Positions 24,296 through 32,934 of a stretch of DNA of 60,378 nucleotides are shown here, one piece after another. The notes below the pieces were generated by a model, which did not search any database, had not been told where the DNA came from, and was given only the letters and a program-made list of their open reading frames with translations. Origin of the DNA: Candidatus Limnocylindrales bacterium (GTDB taxonomy: Bacteria; Chloroflexota; Limnocylindria; Limnocylindrales; CSP1-4); assembly GCA_046599085.1 (NCBI GenBank), contig JBKJHI010000066.1:1-60378 (forward strand), read 5' to 3'. The position numbers and the translations under genes were made by a program. Within the stretch, counting starts at the first letter, position 1. Every line of letters starts with the position of its first letter.

Positions 24296-25089
24296 CAGGC
24301 GACGGCCTCCGGGATCGCGAGGTGCAGCCCGTTGCGGGCCGTGAACTCCCTCGCGAGTGCGGTATAGGCCTCCGCGCCACGAGAGGTGGGTGCGTAGGAC
24401 GTGATCGGGAGGCCGTGGCTGGGTGCCTCGGACAGGCGCACGGACCGCGGGATGACGGTCTGATAGACGGCGCCGCCGAGATGTCGTCGCGCCTCGGCTT
24501 CGACGTCGGCCGACAGCCGCGTGCGCCCGTCGAACATCGTCAGGACGACGCCGTCCAGTTCGAGCGCAGGATGCAGGTGGTCGCGGACGAGATCGATGGT
24601 GGCCAAGAGCTGTGTCGACCCCTCCAGGGCGTAGTACTCGCATTGCAGCGGGACGAGGACCGCATCGGCGGCAGTCAGCGCGTTGACGGTCAGCAGGCCC
24701 AATGACGGCGGGCAGTCCACGAAGATGATGTCGAACCGATCCTTGATCGGCGCCAGGAGTTTCTGGAGCCGCCGTTCGCGCGCATCCAGGCTTGCAAGTT
24801 CCACCTCAGCGCCTGCGAGCGCGATCGCTGCCGGGATCAGTGCGACCCCGGCCGACGGTTCGGTCAGGATCATCGCGACCGCCGGTGCGTCGCCGACGAT
24901 GGCGTCGTAGATGGAACCGTCAACCTCGTTGCGATCGATGCCAAAGCCGCTCGTTGCGTTCCCCTGGGGGTCCAGATCGACGACGAGCGTTCGAATCCCG
25001 CCGAGCGACAGGACGCTGGCGAGGTTCACGACGGTCGTGGTCTTGCCGACGCCACCCTTCTGGTTTGCGCAGGCGATCGTTCGACCCAC
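24295..25089 (-). CDS. parA: Chromosome partitioning ATPase ParA/Soj
   Basis: NQKGGVGKTTT, DLDPQGNATSG, DCPPSLGLLT, QCEYYALEG, IPRSVRLSEAPSHG. Confidence 0.96.
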
Positions 25090-25247
25090 TCAGCGGCCTG
25101 TTCGGAAGGCATTCACGGAACGAGATTCTATCATCGACGCCTCGGGGACTGGGGATTTGAGTGGTTGGGCGATCGGGTCCACAAGCCTGACACAGGACGC
25201 TCATCGCCGGATCATCACGGCGCACCCGCGGACCGATCATGCGGTCG

Positions 25248-25263
25248 TGTTGCACGTGAAACA
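25248..25263. promoter_or_regulatory. parS: parS centromere site
   Basis: TGTTGCACGTGAAACA, 1 mismatch to TGTTTCACGTGAAACA, upstream of parAB. Confidence 0.85.
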
Positions 25264-25315
25264 GGCAGCTCGGTGGACCTCGCTGCCTGGCGGGTTTCAT
25301 GTAGAGGCTTGGCCG

Positions 25316-25331
25316 CGTTTCACGTGAAGCA
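25316..25331. promoter_or_regulatory. parS: parS centromere site
   Basis: CGTTTCACGTGAAGCA, 2 mismatches to consensus. A more degenerate copy (GGTTTCATGTAGAGGC) lies at ~25293-25308. Confidence 0.75.
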
Positions 25332-25499
25332 TGTGGCTCGTAGCTCGGGGCGCAGTCCGTGCCGGCGAGTTTGGCCGGTCATTGCCCGGATCGCGAGGCC
25401 GTGGGATACTCCACCGACGTCGCCACCGCCTCCCGAACGAGGGGTGCACGGGCCACGGGCCGCGGACCAAAGGCCCACCGCCGAGGGATCCTGCAGTCC

Positions 25500-26000
25500 A
25501 TGACCCTGCTCCTTGCCGCGGTCGGTGCGGTGCTGACGGCGCTCCTCGAATTGTCGGTGGGCCCATATCTCCGAATTGGCGACGCGAGCCTGCACCCGGT
25601 GCTCATCCTCGCGGTGGTCGTGACGATCGCCATCGGCCTCGAGGCGGGCCTCGTCTGGGCCTTCGTCGGGGGACTTGCTCTTGATGTCCTGGCGCAACGT
25701 CCGCTCGGTTCCACCACCTTCGCGCTCCTGTTGTGCGTCGGCAGCGCGTCCGTGTTGGCGCGCTCCTTCGCCAGGCTCCGACCGGTCGTGCCGGTCGTCG
25801 CCGTCTTCGTCCTCAGCCTCGGGTACTCAATGATCCTCTTCGTCGTCCTGGGAGCGCTGTCTGCTCCGATCCCCATCGCCGATCCGGTCGCCGCCCTCTT
25901 CCCGGGCGCGGTGTATGACGCTGTCGTCGGTGCGGTGGTCGGGCCTCTGACCGTCGCCGTCCACGATCGTCGTGCCGCAGAGGACCGGGTGGACTGGTGA
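25500..26000 (+). CDS. mreD: Rod shape-determining protein MreD
   Basis: Hydrophobic ~166 aa with GLVWAFVGGLALDVL..RPLG. Overlaps the PBP2 start. Confidence 0.85.
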   Translation: MTLLLAAVGAVLTALLELSVGPYLRIGDASLHPVLILAVVVTIAIGLEAGLVWAFVGGLALDVLAQRPLGSTTFALLLCVGSASVLARSFARLRPVVPVVAVFVLSLGYSMILFVVLGALSAPIPIADPVAALFPGAVYDAVVGAVVGPLTVAVHDRRAAEDRVDW

Positions 26001-27898
26001 TCGACCAGCACCTTGACGGTCGGCCGCTTCCGGAGCGACGCCTCGCGCGCTTCATCGTCTTCGCGCTGGTCGTCGTCCTCGCGGTGGGCACGTTGACGGC
26101 TCGGCTCTTCTACCTGCAGGTCGTCGAGGGCCGCGACTTCGCGGCGATCGCCACCCGCCAGCGGACCGTCCTCGAGGCGATCGTGGCGCCCCGCGGCCTC
26201 ATCTATGACCGCAACGGCCGGCTGCTGGTCTCGAACGTACCCACGTACGCCGTCAAGGTCCGCCCGGCCGACCTGCCGAATGAGCGTCGGGACGAGATCG
26301 TTTCCAGGCTGGCGGCGCTGATCGGGATGGATGCCGCCGAGATCAACACGGCCATCGACGGCAATCCAGGGTCCGCGTTCGACCTCGTGCGGGTCGCTCG
26401 CGACGTGGACAAGGACACCGCGAACCTCATCGCCGAGTCTCGACCGGATCTCCCCGGGGTGGAGGTCACGATCGAGGCGCGCCGGCAGTACACCGACGGA
26501 CCGCTGATGTCCCAGCTCATCGGCTACACCGGACCCGTGTCCCCGGATGCCCTCGCCGAGCTCCGCTCTGTGGGCTATCTGCCCGACGATCTGATCGGCA
26601 AGGCCGGAGTCGAGGCGACCTACGAGACGGAGCTGCGCGGGACCTACGGCTCCGAGCGCGTCCAGCGCGATGCGACCGGTCGCAAGACCCAGGTCCTGCA
26701 GACCGTGTCGGATCCGGTCCCAGGGTCGTCGATCACGCTCACGATCGATACGAAGGCGCAGCGAGACGCCCAGAAGGCCCTGACCTGGGCGATGGACCTC
26801 GTCGGGCTCAAGCGCGGCGTCGTCATCGCGATGAACCCGCAGACGGGGGAGATCCTCGCGATGGTCAGCCTCCCGACGTACGACAACAACCTGTTCGCTC
26901 GGGGAATCAGCAGCGACGACTACACCGCGCTCCTGGAGAACCCCGATCAGCCCCTGTTGAACCACGCCGTGCAGGCGCACTACCCACCCGGATCCACCTA
27001 CAAGCTCGTGACCGGCACCGGTGGCCTTGCGGACAAGAAGATCAGTTCTTCGACGCAACTGACGACGAAGGCCTACCTGACCCTGGGTTCGACGAAGTTC
27101 TACGAGTGGAACCGCCGAGGTTGGGGCGCCTGCAACATCTACTGCGGGTTCGGGCACTCGAGCGACACATTCTTCTACCAGGTGGCGGGCAAGCTCGGGA
27201 TCGACCGACTCGGATATTGGGCCAACCAGTACGGGTTCGGCGAGCCGACCGGCGTGGAACTGCCCGGCGAGGTGTCCGGTATCGTCCCGACGAACGCATG
27301 GAAGCAGCAGCTGCTCGGTGAGGACATCTTCCCTGGTGAGACGTACCAGGCGGGCATCGGGCAGGGCTACGACGTCGTGACGCCGATCCAGCTCATCAAC
27401 GCATTCGGGGCCCTCGCCAACGGCGGCACGCTCTATCAACCGGCCATCGTGCGTGATGTCATCGGACCGGACGGCACCGTCATCAAGCCGTTCGAGCCGA
27501 CCGTGCTGCACGAGATGGACGTGCCGGCGAACGTCCTCAAGGTGATGCGCAACGCCGCGCGCGAGACCGTGACGCTGCGCCACACCTACAATCTCGTCGA
27601 CCTGCCGATCAAGGTCGCCGGAAAGTCGGGGACGGCCGAGTTCGGCAAGCGCGACAGCAAAGGTCGCCTGCCATTCCACTCGTGGTTCATCGGGTTCGTT
27701 CCCAAGGATCCGGCCAAGGGTTCGTTCGATGCTGAGAGTTCAGAACTCGTGGTGCTCGCGTTCGCGTACGATTCCCGCACCAAGGGCAACGCGGCCACCG
27801 AGATCGTGAAGTACTTCCTGCAGCTGCACTACGGCATCAAGCAGGACTACCGCAACTTCGACCTCCTCGAGCGCGGCAACTTCTACCAGAGCAACTGA
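25997..27898 (+). CDS. mrdA: Penicillin-binding protein 2 (class B transpeptidase)
   Basis: APRGLIYDRNG, YPPGSTYK (SxxK), SSD (SxD), KSGTAE (KSG). Confidence 0.95.
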   Translation: MIDQHLDGRPLPERRLARFIVFALVVVLAVGTLTARLFYLQVVEGRDFAAIATRQRTVLEAIVAPRGLIYDRNGRLLVSNVPTYAVKVRPADLPNERRDEIVSRLAALIGMDAAEINTAIDGNPGSAFDLVRVARDVDKDTANLIAESRPDLPGVEVTIEARRQYTDGPLMSQLIGYTGPVSPDALAELRSVGYLPDDLIGKAGVEATYETELRGTYGSERVQRDATGRKTQVLQTVSDPVPGSSITLTIDTKAQRDAQKALTWAMDLVGLKRGVVIAMNPQTGEILAMVSLPTYDNNLFARGISSDDYTALLENPDQPLLNHAVQAHYPPGSTYKLVTGTGGLADKKISSSTQLTTKAYLTLGSTKFYEWNRRGWGACNIYCGFGHSSDTFFYQVAGKLGIDRLGYWANQYGFGEPTGVELPGEVSGIVPTNAWKQQLLGEDIFPGETYQAGIGQGYDVVTPIQLINAFGALANGGTLYQPAIVRDVIGPDGTVIKPFEPTVLHEMDVPANVLKVMRNAARETVTLRHTYNLVDLPIKVAGKSGTAEFGKRDSKGRLPFHSWFIGFVPKDPAKGSFDAESSELVVLAFAYDSRTKGNAATEIVKYFLQLHYGIKQDYRNFDLLERGNFYQSN

Positions 27899-27932
27899 TG
27901 ACCACGATGATCGACCCGTCAGCGACGCGACC

Positions 27933-29093
27933 GTGGGCGTGATCCGCGCCCAGCCGTTCCGCGCGTCCGACTGGGCCGCGCGCGCCGCCGGCACCGTCTG
28001 GCGAGCGTTCGACCTGCAGCTCGCGACCTACGCCGGGCTCCTCGTGGCGGTCGGGCTCGTGATGGCGTACACGAACAGCGTCGAAGCCGGATCCTCGCCG
28101 CTCGACGGGACGACGACCTTCACGCGCGGCCTGATGTGGGCGGTCATCGCGACCGTCGCCTTCTTCCTCGCGACCGCGTTCGACTACCGCTGGCTCAAGA
28201 CGTTGGCGTGGCCGATCTACGGCCTGCAGCTGGGCCTGCTGATCCTCACCCTCGCGATCGGCGACGGTGTCGGCGGCAGCGCCCGATGGGTGAGCCTGGG
28301 CCCACTCACATTCCAGTTCAGCGAGCTGGCCAAGATCTTGATGATCATCGTGCTCGCCTACTACCTGGCAGGTCGCGAGGGCAAGCTTGACTCCCTATCC
28401 GCGATCCTGGGGGCGTGCCTTCTGGTCGGACCGCCGTGGGTCCTCGTGATGCTCCAGCCAGACCTGGGGACGTCCTTGGTGTTCGCCGCGATCCTCGCCG
28501 GGATGCTCTGGATGTCGGGCGCGAGCCTGAAGTGGCTCGGCGGTCTCGCGGCCATCGTCGTGGCGATGGTCCCGATCGCGTGGACGTACGTCCTGCGCGA
28601 TTACCAAAAGGAGCGCCTGACGTCGTTCCTCAACCCGACGCCGGACATCAGCGGCGCCGGCTACCAGCTGTTCCAGTCGCAGATCGCGGTCGGCTCTGGC
28701 GGCCTCATGGGCAAGGGCCTGACCAACGGCACGCAGGCCCAGGGCGATTTCCTGCCGGTGCAGACGACGGACTTCGTGTTCTCGGTCCTGGCCGAGGAAC
28801 TTGGCTTCATCGGTGGGGTGGTGATGTTCACCCTCTTCATGCTGCTCATCTGGCGGATCCTCGTTTCCGGTTGGCGCTCGCGCGACCCGTTCGGCATGCT
28901 CTTTGCCTCGGGCGTCGCCGCGATGCTCGTCTTCCAGTTGTTCGTGAACGTGGGGATGGTCATCGGGATCATGCCGATCACCGGGATCCCGCTGCCGTTC
29001 GTCACGCACGGTGGAGCCTCATTGGTCAGCATCGCCGTCGGTCTGGGCATCCTCCAGAGCGTGAACATCCGGCAGACAAGGGCGGAATGGTGA
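27933..29093 (+). CDS. rodA: Rod shape-determining SEDS protein RodA
   Basis: GSARW, FQFSELAK, LQPDLGT, TDFVFSVLAEELGF, PITGIPLPFVTHGG. Start is 27933 or 27939. Confidence 0.94.
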   Translation: MGVIRAQPFRASDWAARAAGTVWRAFDLQLATYAGLLVAVGLVMAYTNSVEAGSSPLDGTTTFTRGLMWAVIATVAFFLATAFDYRWLKTLAWPIYGLQLGLLILTLAIGDGVGGSARWVSLGPLTFQFSELAKILMIIVLAYYLAGREGKLDSLSAILGACLLVGPPWVLVMLQPDLGTSLVFAAILAGMLWMSGASLKWLGGLAAIVVAMVPIAWTYVLRDYQKERLTSFLNPTPDISGAGYQLFQSQIAVGSGGLMGKGLTNGTQAQGDFLPVQTTDFVFSVLAEELGFIGGVVMFTLFMLLIWRILVSGWRSRDPFGMLFASGVAAMLVFQLFVNVGMVIGIMPITGIPLPFVTHGGASLVSIAVGLGILQSVNIRQTRAEW

Positions 29094-29172
29094 TTCACGG
29101 GGGCACGTATTCTGATGCTCCCGGCTCCGTGGACTCGATCCAGCCCGGGTGGCCGCTCATGGGGATGACCAC

Positions 29173-29676
29173 GTGAGCGGCCGTGCCCGTGAGGTCCGCC
29201 ACATGCTCGTGTCGGCCTGCGTTTCGCTCCTCGACATCGAGCCGCTCCTGGTGCACCCGGAGGACGACCCGCTGACCGTCATGCACGTGGCGGCCGCGCG
29301 GCCACAGACGCGCGTGCTCGGCGTCGTCGACGATTCGGGTGTCCTGGTCGGTATCCTGCCGATCGTCCGCCTCGCTGAAGCGGTCATCGTGCGCGTGGCG
29401 CCGGAGACCCTGCTGGCCGACATCATCGACGCGGACGGCGCGGCGCGATTCGGCCATGCCGTGAACGCACGCTCCGTGAGCGACGTGATGCTGCCGCCCG
29501 CGGTCGTGCGCGCCGACGACACCATCGATGAAGCGTTCCGTCGGATGCACAGCCGGCGCCTGTCGGGCCTGTACGTGGTCGATGACGCCGGTCGCCCGAC
29601 CGGCTACCTCGACCTGACCGAACTCACGATGTACTTCGTCGAAGCGCTCGAAGCAGATCGACCGGACGCGGTCTGA
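29173..29676 (+). CDS. CBS domain-containing protein
   Basis: Two CBS repeats (VLGVVDDSGVLVGIL; LYVVDDAGRPTGYL). Start uncertain (29149/29173/29203). Confidence 0.85.
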   Translation: MSGRAREVRHMLVSACVSLLDIEPLLVHPEDDPLTVMHVAAARPQTRVLGVVDDSGVLVGILPIVRLAEAVIVRVAPETLLADIIDADGAARFGHAVNARSVSDVMLPPAVVRADDTIDEAFRRMHSRRLSGLYVVDDAGRPTGYLDLTELTMYFVEALEADRPDAV

Positions 29677-29678
29677 CC

Positions 29679-30944
29679 ATGGACGTCGCCATCGCGGGGC
29701 TGATCTTCCTCGCCACCTATGCCGTCATCGCCACCGACCGCGTCGACAAGACCGTCGCGGCCCTGTTCGGTGGCTCGCTCGTCGTGGTCCTCGGCATCGT
29801 CGGCCAGGAGGAAGCGTTCGGCGCGATCGACCTCAACGTCATCTTCCTGCTGACCGGGATGATGATCATGGCCGGGATCCTGCGACGGACGGGCTTCTTC
29901 CAGTGGGTGGCCATCAAGTCCGTGAAGGTCGCCGGCGGCGAGCCGTACCGCCTGCTCCTCGTGCTGAGCGTGGTCAGCGCCTTCCTGTCCGCGTTCCTGG
30001 ACAACGTCACGACCGTGGTCCTGATCGCGCCCGTCACGCTGTACATCGCGTCGGTCCTGCGCGTCTCGCCGCTGCCGTTCCTCATCAGCGAGATCCTGGC
30101 CAGCAACATCGGTGGCTCCGCGACGCTGATCGGCGACCCCCCGAACATCCTCATCGGTTCCGCAGCGGACCTCGGATTCGACGATTTCCTCATCAACATG
30201 GGCCCGCCGGCGATCATGGTCTTCCTCGTTTACCTGGTCATGACCCGGCTGTTCTGGCGGAACGATCTGTCGGTCCACGCCGACGTCCGCGAGGCCGTGC
30301 TGTCCCTCGACGAGACCGAGGTCCTGACCGATCGACGCCTGCTGCGGATCAGCCTCGGCGTCATCGGGATGACGATGCTGGGCTTCCTGTTCGCGCGTCC
30401 GCTCGGTCTGGAGCCCGGGTCCATCGCGCTGCTCGGTGCGGCCGTCCTGGCCCTGCTGGCGCGGCTCGATGCCGAGACGATCCTGCACGAGGTCGAATGG
30501 GCCACGTTGTTCTTCTTCGTCGGCCTGTTCATGCTGGTCGAATCCGTCGTCCACGTCGGGATCGTCGCGGCCGTCGCCGACGCGCTCATCGAGATCACGG
30601 GCGGTGACGCAACGATCACCACCCTGGGTCTCATCTGGCTCAGCGGGATCGCGTCCGCGATCATCGACAACATCCCGTACACCGCGACGATGATCGAAGT
30701 CGTCCGCGACCTCGGCAAGGCCGGCATCCCGATCGAACCGCTGTGGTGGTCGCTCGCGCTCGGCGCGTGTCTTGGCGGGAACGCCACGATCGTCGGTGCG
30801 TCGGCGAACGTCGTCGTCGCAAACCTCGCCGGCCGAGCCGGCCATCCGATCACCTTCGGTGCGTTCCTTCGCTACGGCGTGCCGGTCACCGCGATGTCGC
30901 TGCTCGTCTCGACGGTGTACGTCTACGTTCGCTACCTGATCTAG
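29679..30944 (+). CDS. ArsB/NhaD (SLC13-like, ion transporter superfamily) permease
   Basis: SAFLDNVTT, SNIGGSATLIGDPPN, SAIIDNIP, LGGNATIVGASAN. Confidence 0.92.
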   Translation: MDVAIAGLIFLATYAVIATDRVDKTVAALFGGSLVVVLGIVGQEEAFGAIDLNVIFLLTGMMIMAGILRRTGFFQWVAIKSVKVAGGEPYRLLLVLSVVSAFLSAFLDNVTTVVLIAPVTLYIASVLRVSPLPFLISEILASNIGGSATLIGDPPNILIGSAADLGFDDFLINMGPPAIMVFLVYLVMTRLFWRNDLSVHADVREAVLSLDETEVLTDRRLLRISLGVIGMTMLGFLFARPLGLEPGSIALLGAAVLALLARLDAETILHEVEWATLFFFVGLFMLVESVVHVGIVAAVADALIEITGGDATITTLGLIWLSGIASAIIDNIPYTATMIEVVRDLGKAGIPIEPLWWSLALGACLGGNATIVGASANVVVANLAGRAGHPITFGAFLRYGVPVTAMSLLVSTVYVYVRYLI

Positions 30945-30968
30945 TCGGCGAGCGATGAGGACCTGCCG

Positions 30969-32222
30969 TTGATCCCTGCCATCGCGCCGCCGCCCGAGAT
31001 CGTCGACGCGGTCGCCGGAGCCTCCGCGGCCCCATTCGACGTCATGCTGTCGATCTTCCTGCTGTTCGTGGCGGCGAAGGCGGGCGAGGAGATCGCCCGT
31101 CGTCTCGGTCAGCCGGCGGTGGTCGGCGAGCTGCTCGGTGGCTTCCTTGTGGGCCCCGGCGTCCTTGCGCTGGCGATCCCGGGTGAGACGGCCTTCGTCC
31201 TGGCCGAGATCGGCGTGGTCATCCTGCTCTTCTCCGTCGGCCTCGAGGTGCGCCTTGACGACCTGCTCGCGGTCGGCAAGCCCGCGGTCCTTGCGGCGCT
31301 CGTGGCGATGGTCCTGCCGATCGGTGCGGGCCTGGGCATCGGGCTGCTGCTCGGGGAGCCGCTCGGGACCGCTGCGTTCGTCGGTCTGGCGCTGTCTGCG
31401 ACGAGCATCGGGATCACGAGTCGCGTGCTGGCGGAACTCGGGGTCCTGTCGCGGACCTTCTCGCGGGTCGTGCTCGGCGCGGCCGTCATCGACGACGTAC
31501 TCGCCCTGATCCTCATCGGCGTCGTGTCGGGGGCCGCCACCGGCGACCTGTCCGAGTCGACCTTCCTGATCGTGGTCGCGGCGTTCGGCCTGGTCGGCCT
31601 CGGGTTCGCGGCCGCACGACGGGCCCGCGGGCTCAAGCGCGAGGTCTTCACCTGGCCGTTGTTCGCGGACACGCCCCTGGTGCCGGCGTTCATCGTCATG
31701 TTCGCGGTCGCGCTCGTGTCCGCAGCCATCGGTCTCGCGGCCATCATCGGCGCTTTCGTGGCCGGTCTGATCGTGGCCGAGACCGAGGCGCAGGATGAGC
31801 TCGAGCACGAAATGCGCCCGCTCGGCTCGATCTTCACGCCGTTCTTCTTCGCCGTGACCGGGTCCCAGCTCGACCTGGCCTCGCTGCTCGATCCGAGCAT
31901 CGCGGGCCTCGCCATCGTGCTCGCCCTGGTAGGCGTCCTGACCAAGGTCGTCGGCGGCTACGTCGGGGCCCGATCGATCGGCCACTGGAGCGCGGTCACG
32001 GTGGGCTTCGGGATGGTCCCGCGAGGCGAGGTCGGGATCGTCGTGGCGAACCTGGGCCTGGCCGCGGGCCTGCTGACGTCCGGACTGTTCAGCGCGGTGG
32101 TCATCGCCGTGGTGCTGACGACGATCGTGGCGCCATACCTCCTGGCCTGGTCGATCCCGCGGGCGACCGCGGAGGCCGGGGAGACCCCCGACGACCGGAC
32201 CGTGCGCGGCGCCCCCGTCTGA
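30969..32222 (+). CDS. Cation:proton antiporter (CPA2 family)
   Basis: GQPAVVGELLGGFLVGP, ATSIGIT, GAAVIDD, GMVPRGEVG. Confidence 0.92.
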   Translation: MIPAIAPPPEIVDAVAGASAAPFDVMLSIFLLFVAAKAGEEIARRLGQPAVVGELLGGFLVGPGVLALAIPGETAFVLAEIGVVILLFSVGLEVRLDDLLAVGKPAVLAALVAMVLPIGAGLGIGLLLGEPLGTAAFVGLALSATSIGITSRVLAELGVLSRTFSRVVLGAAVIDDVLALILIGVVSGAATGDLSESTFLIVVAAFGLVGLGFAAARRARGLKREVFTWPLFADTPLVPAFIVMFAVALVSAAIGLAAIIGAFVAGLIVAETEAQDELEHEMRPLGSIFTPFFFAVTGSQLDLASLLDPSIAGLAIVLALVGVLTKVVGGYVGARSIGHWSAVTVGFGMVPRGEVGIVVANLGLAAGLLTSGLFSAVVIAVVLTTIVAPYLLAWSIPRATAEAGETPDDRTVRGAPV

Positions 32223-32290
32223 GCGTCCAGCGGCGAGCGTCCAGCGGCGGCGAGCGGTCAGGGGCGGCGGCGAGCGTTCAGCGGCGGCGG
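32221..32290. repeat. Degenerate tandem repeat in a convergent intergenic gap
   Basis: Four GAGCG(T/G)(C/T)CAG(CGG)n-type units (14, 17, 20, ~19 nt). Confidence 0.7.
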
Positions 32291-32934
32291 AACAGCCCGC
32301 GACGGTCGCTCGACTCCGCCTCCGCGGAGCGCCGCCGACCGACCCGCCGCAGGATCCCGTCGATCTCGTCACGGAATGGGCGCCCGATCGGCGTGCGGTC
32401 GAGCCACTCGATGTAGTCGATGTCGTTCCTCGCGATCTCGCCGAGCGACCAGCCCACATACCGGCCGAAATTGAGGACGCTGCCCGATGGCCGGCCTGGA
32501 GGTGCCCCCGCCGCACCCGTTCCGTCCGCCTGGCGCATCGACGCGTCGTAGCCGCCCCCGACCGAGGAGCGTCCGCTGCTCCAGTCGCGCGACACGGTCT
32601 CGGGCTCCCGCGCTGGCCCGGGCGCGCTGGCGGATCGGCCCGCTGTCGGTGAAGGCGGAGCGGCCGGCGTCGAGGCCGCCGGCGCAGCCTCCGCTTTTGC
32701 CGCCGCCACCTCGCGCCGGGCACGGTCGTCGTCGAACGCCCGGCGCTTCCCGGGCTCGCCGATCACCTCGAAGGCGGCGTTGATCGCCGCCATCCGCGTC
32801 GCGGATTCCGGGTCCGGCGCGACATCCGGGTGGTATTTGCGCGCAAGCCGGCGGTAGGCCGCGGTGATCACTTCGTCCTCCGCCTCGGGATCCACCTGCA
32901 GGATCTTGTACGGGTCGGTTGTGGCGGATGTCAC
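32278..32934 (-). CDS. J-domain (DnaJ-like) protein with C-terminal FGRY/FGKY-type small domain
   Basis: DPYKILQV...AAYRRLARKYHPD...INAAFEVI...RRAFD. C-terminal LNFGRYVGWSLGEIARNDIDYIEWL. Confidence 0.88.
   Translation of the reverse strand: MTSATTDPYKILQVDPEAEDEVITAAYRRLARKYHPDVAPDPESATRMAAINAAFEVIGEPGKRRAFDDDRARREVAAAKAEAAPAASTPAAPPSPTAGRSASAPGPAREPETVSRDWSSGRSSVGGGYDASMRQADGTGAAGAPPGRPSGSVLNFGRYVGWSLGEIARNDIDYIEWLDRTPIGRPFRDEIDGILRRVGRRRSAEAESSDRRGLFRRR

Noticed and set aside
25170-25200. DnaA boxes defining oriC
   Set aside because: At least 2-3 mismatches to consensus, only one or two candidates, and no AT-rich unwinding element. Not enough to annotate.
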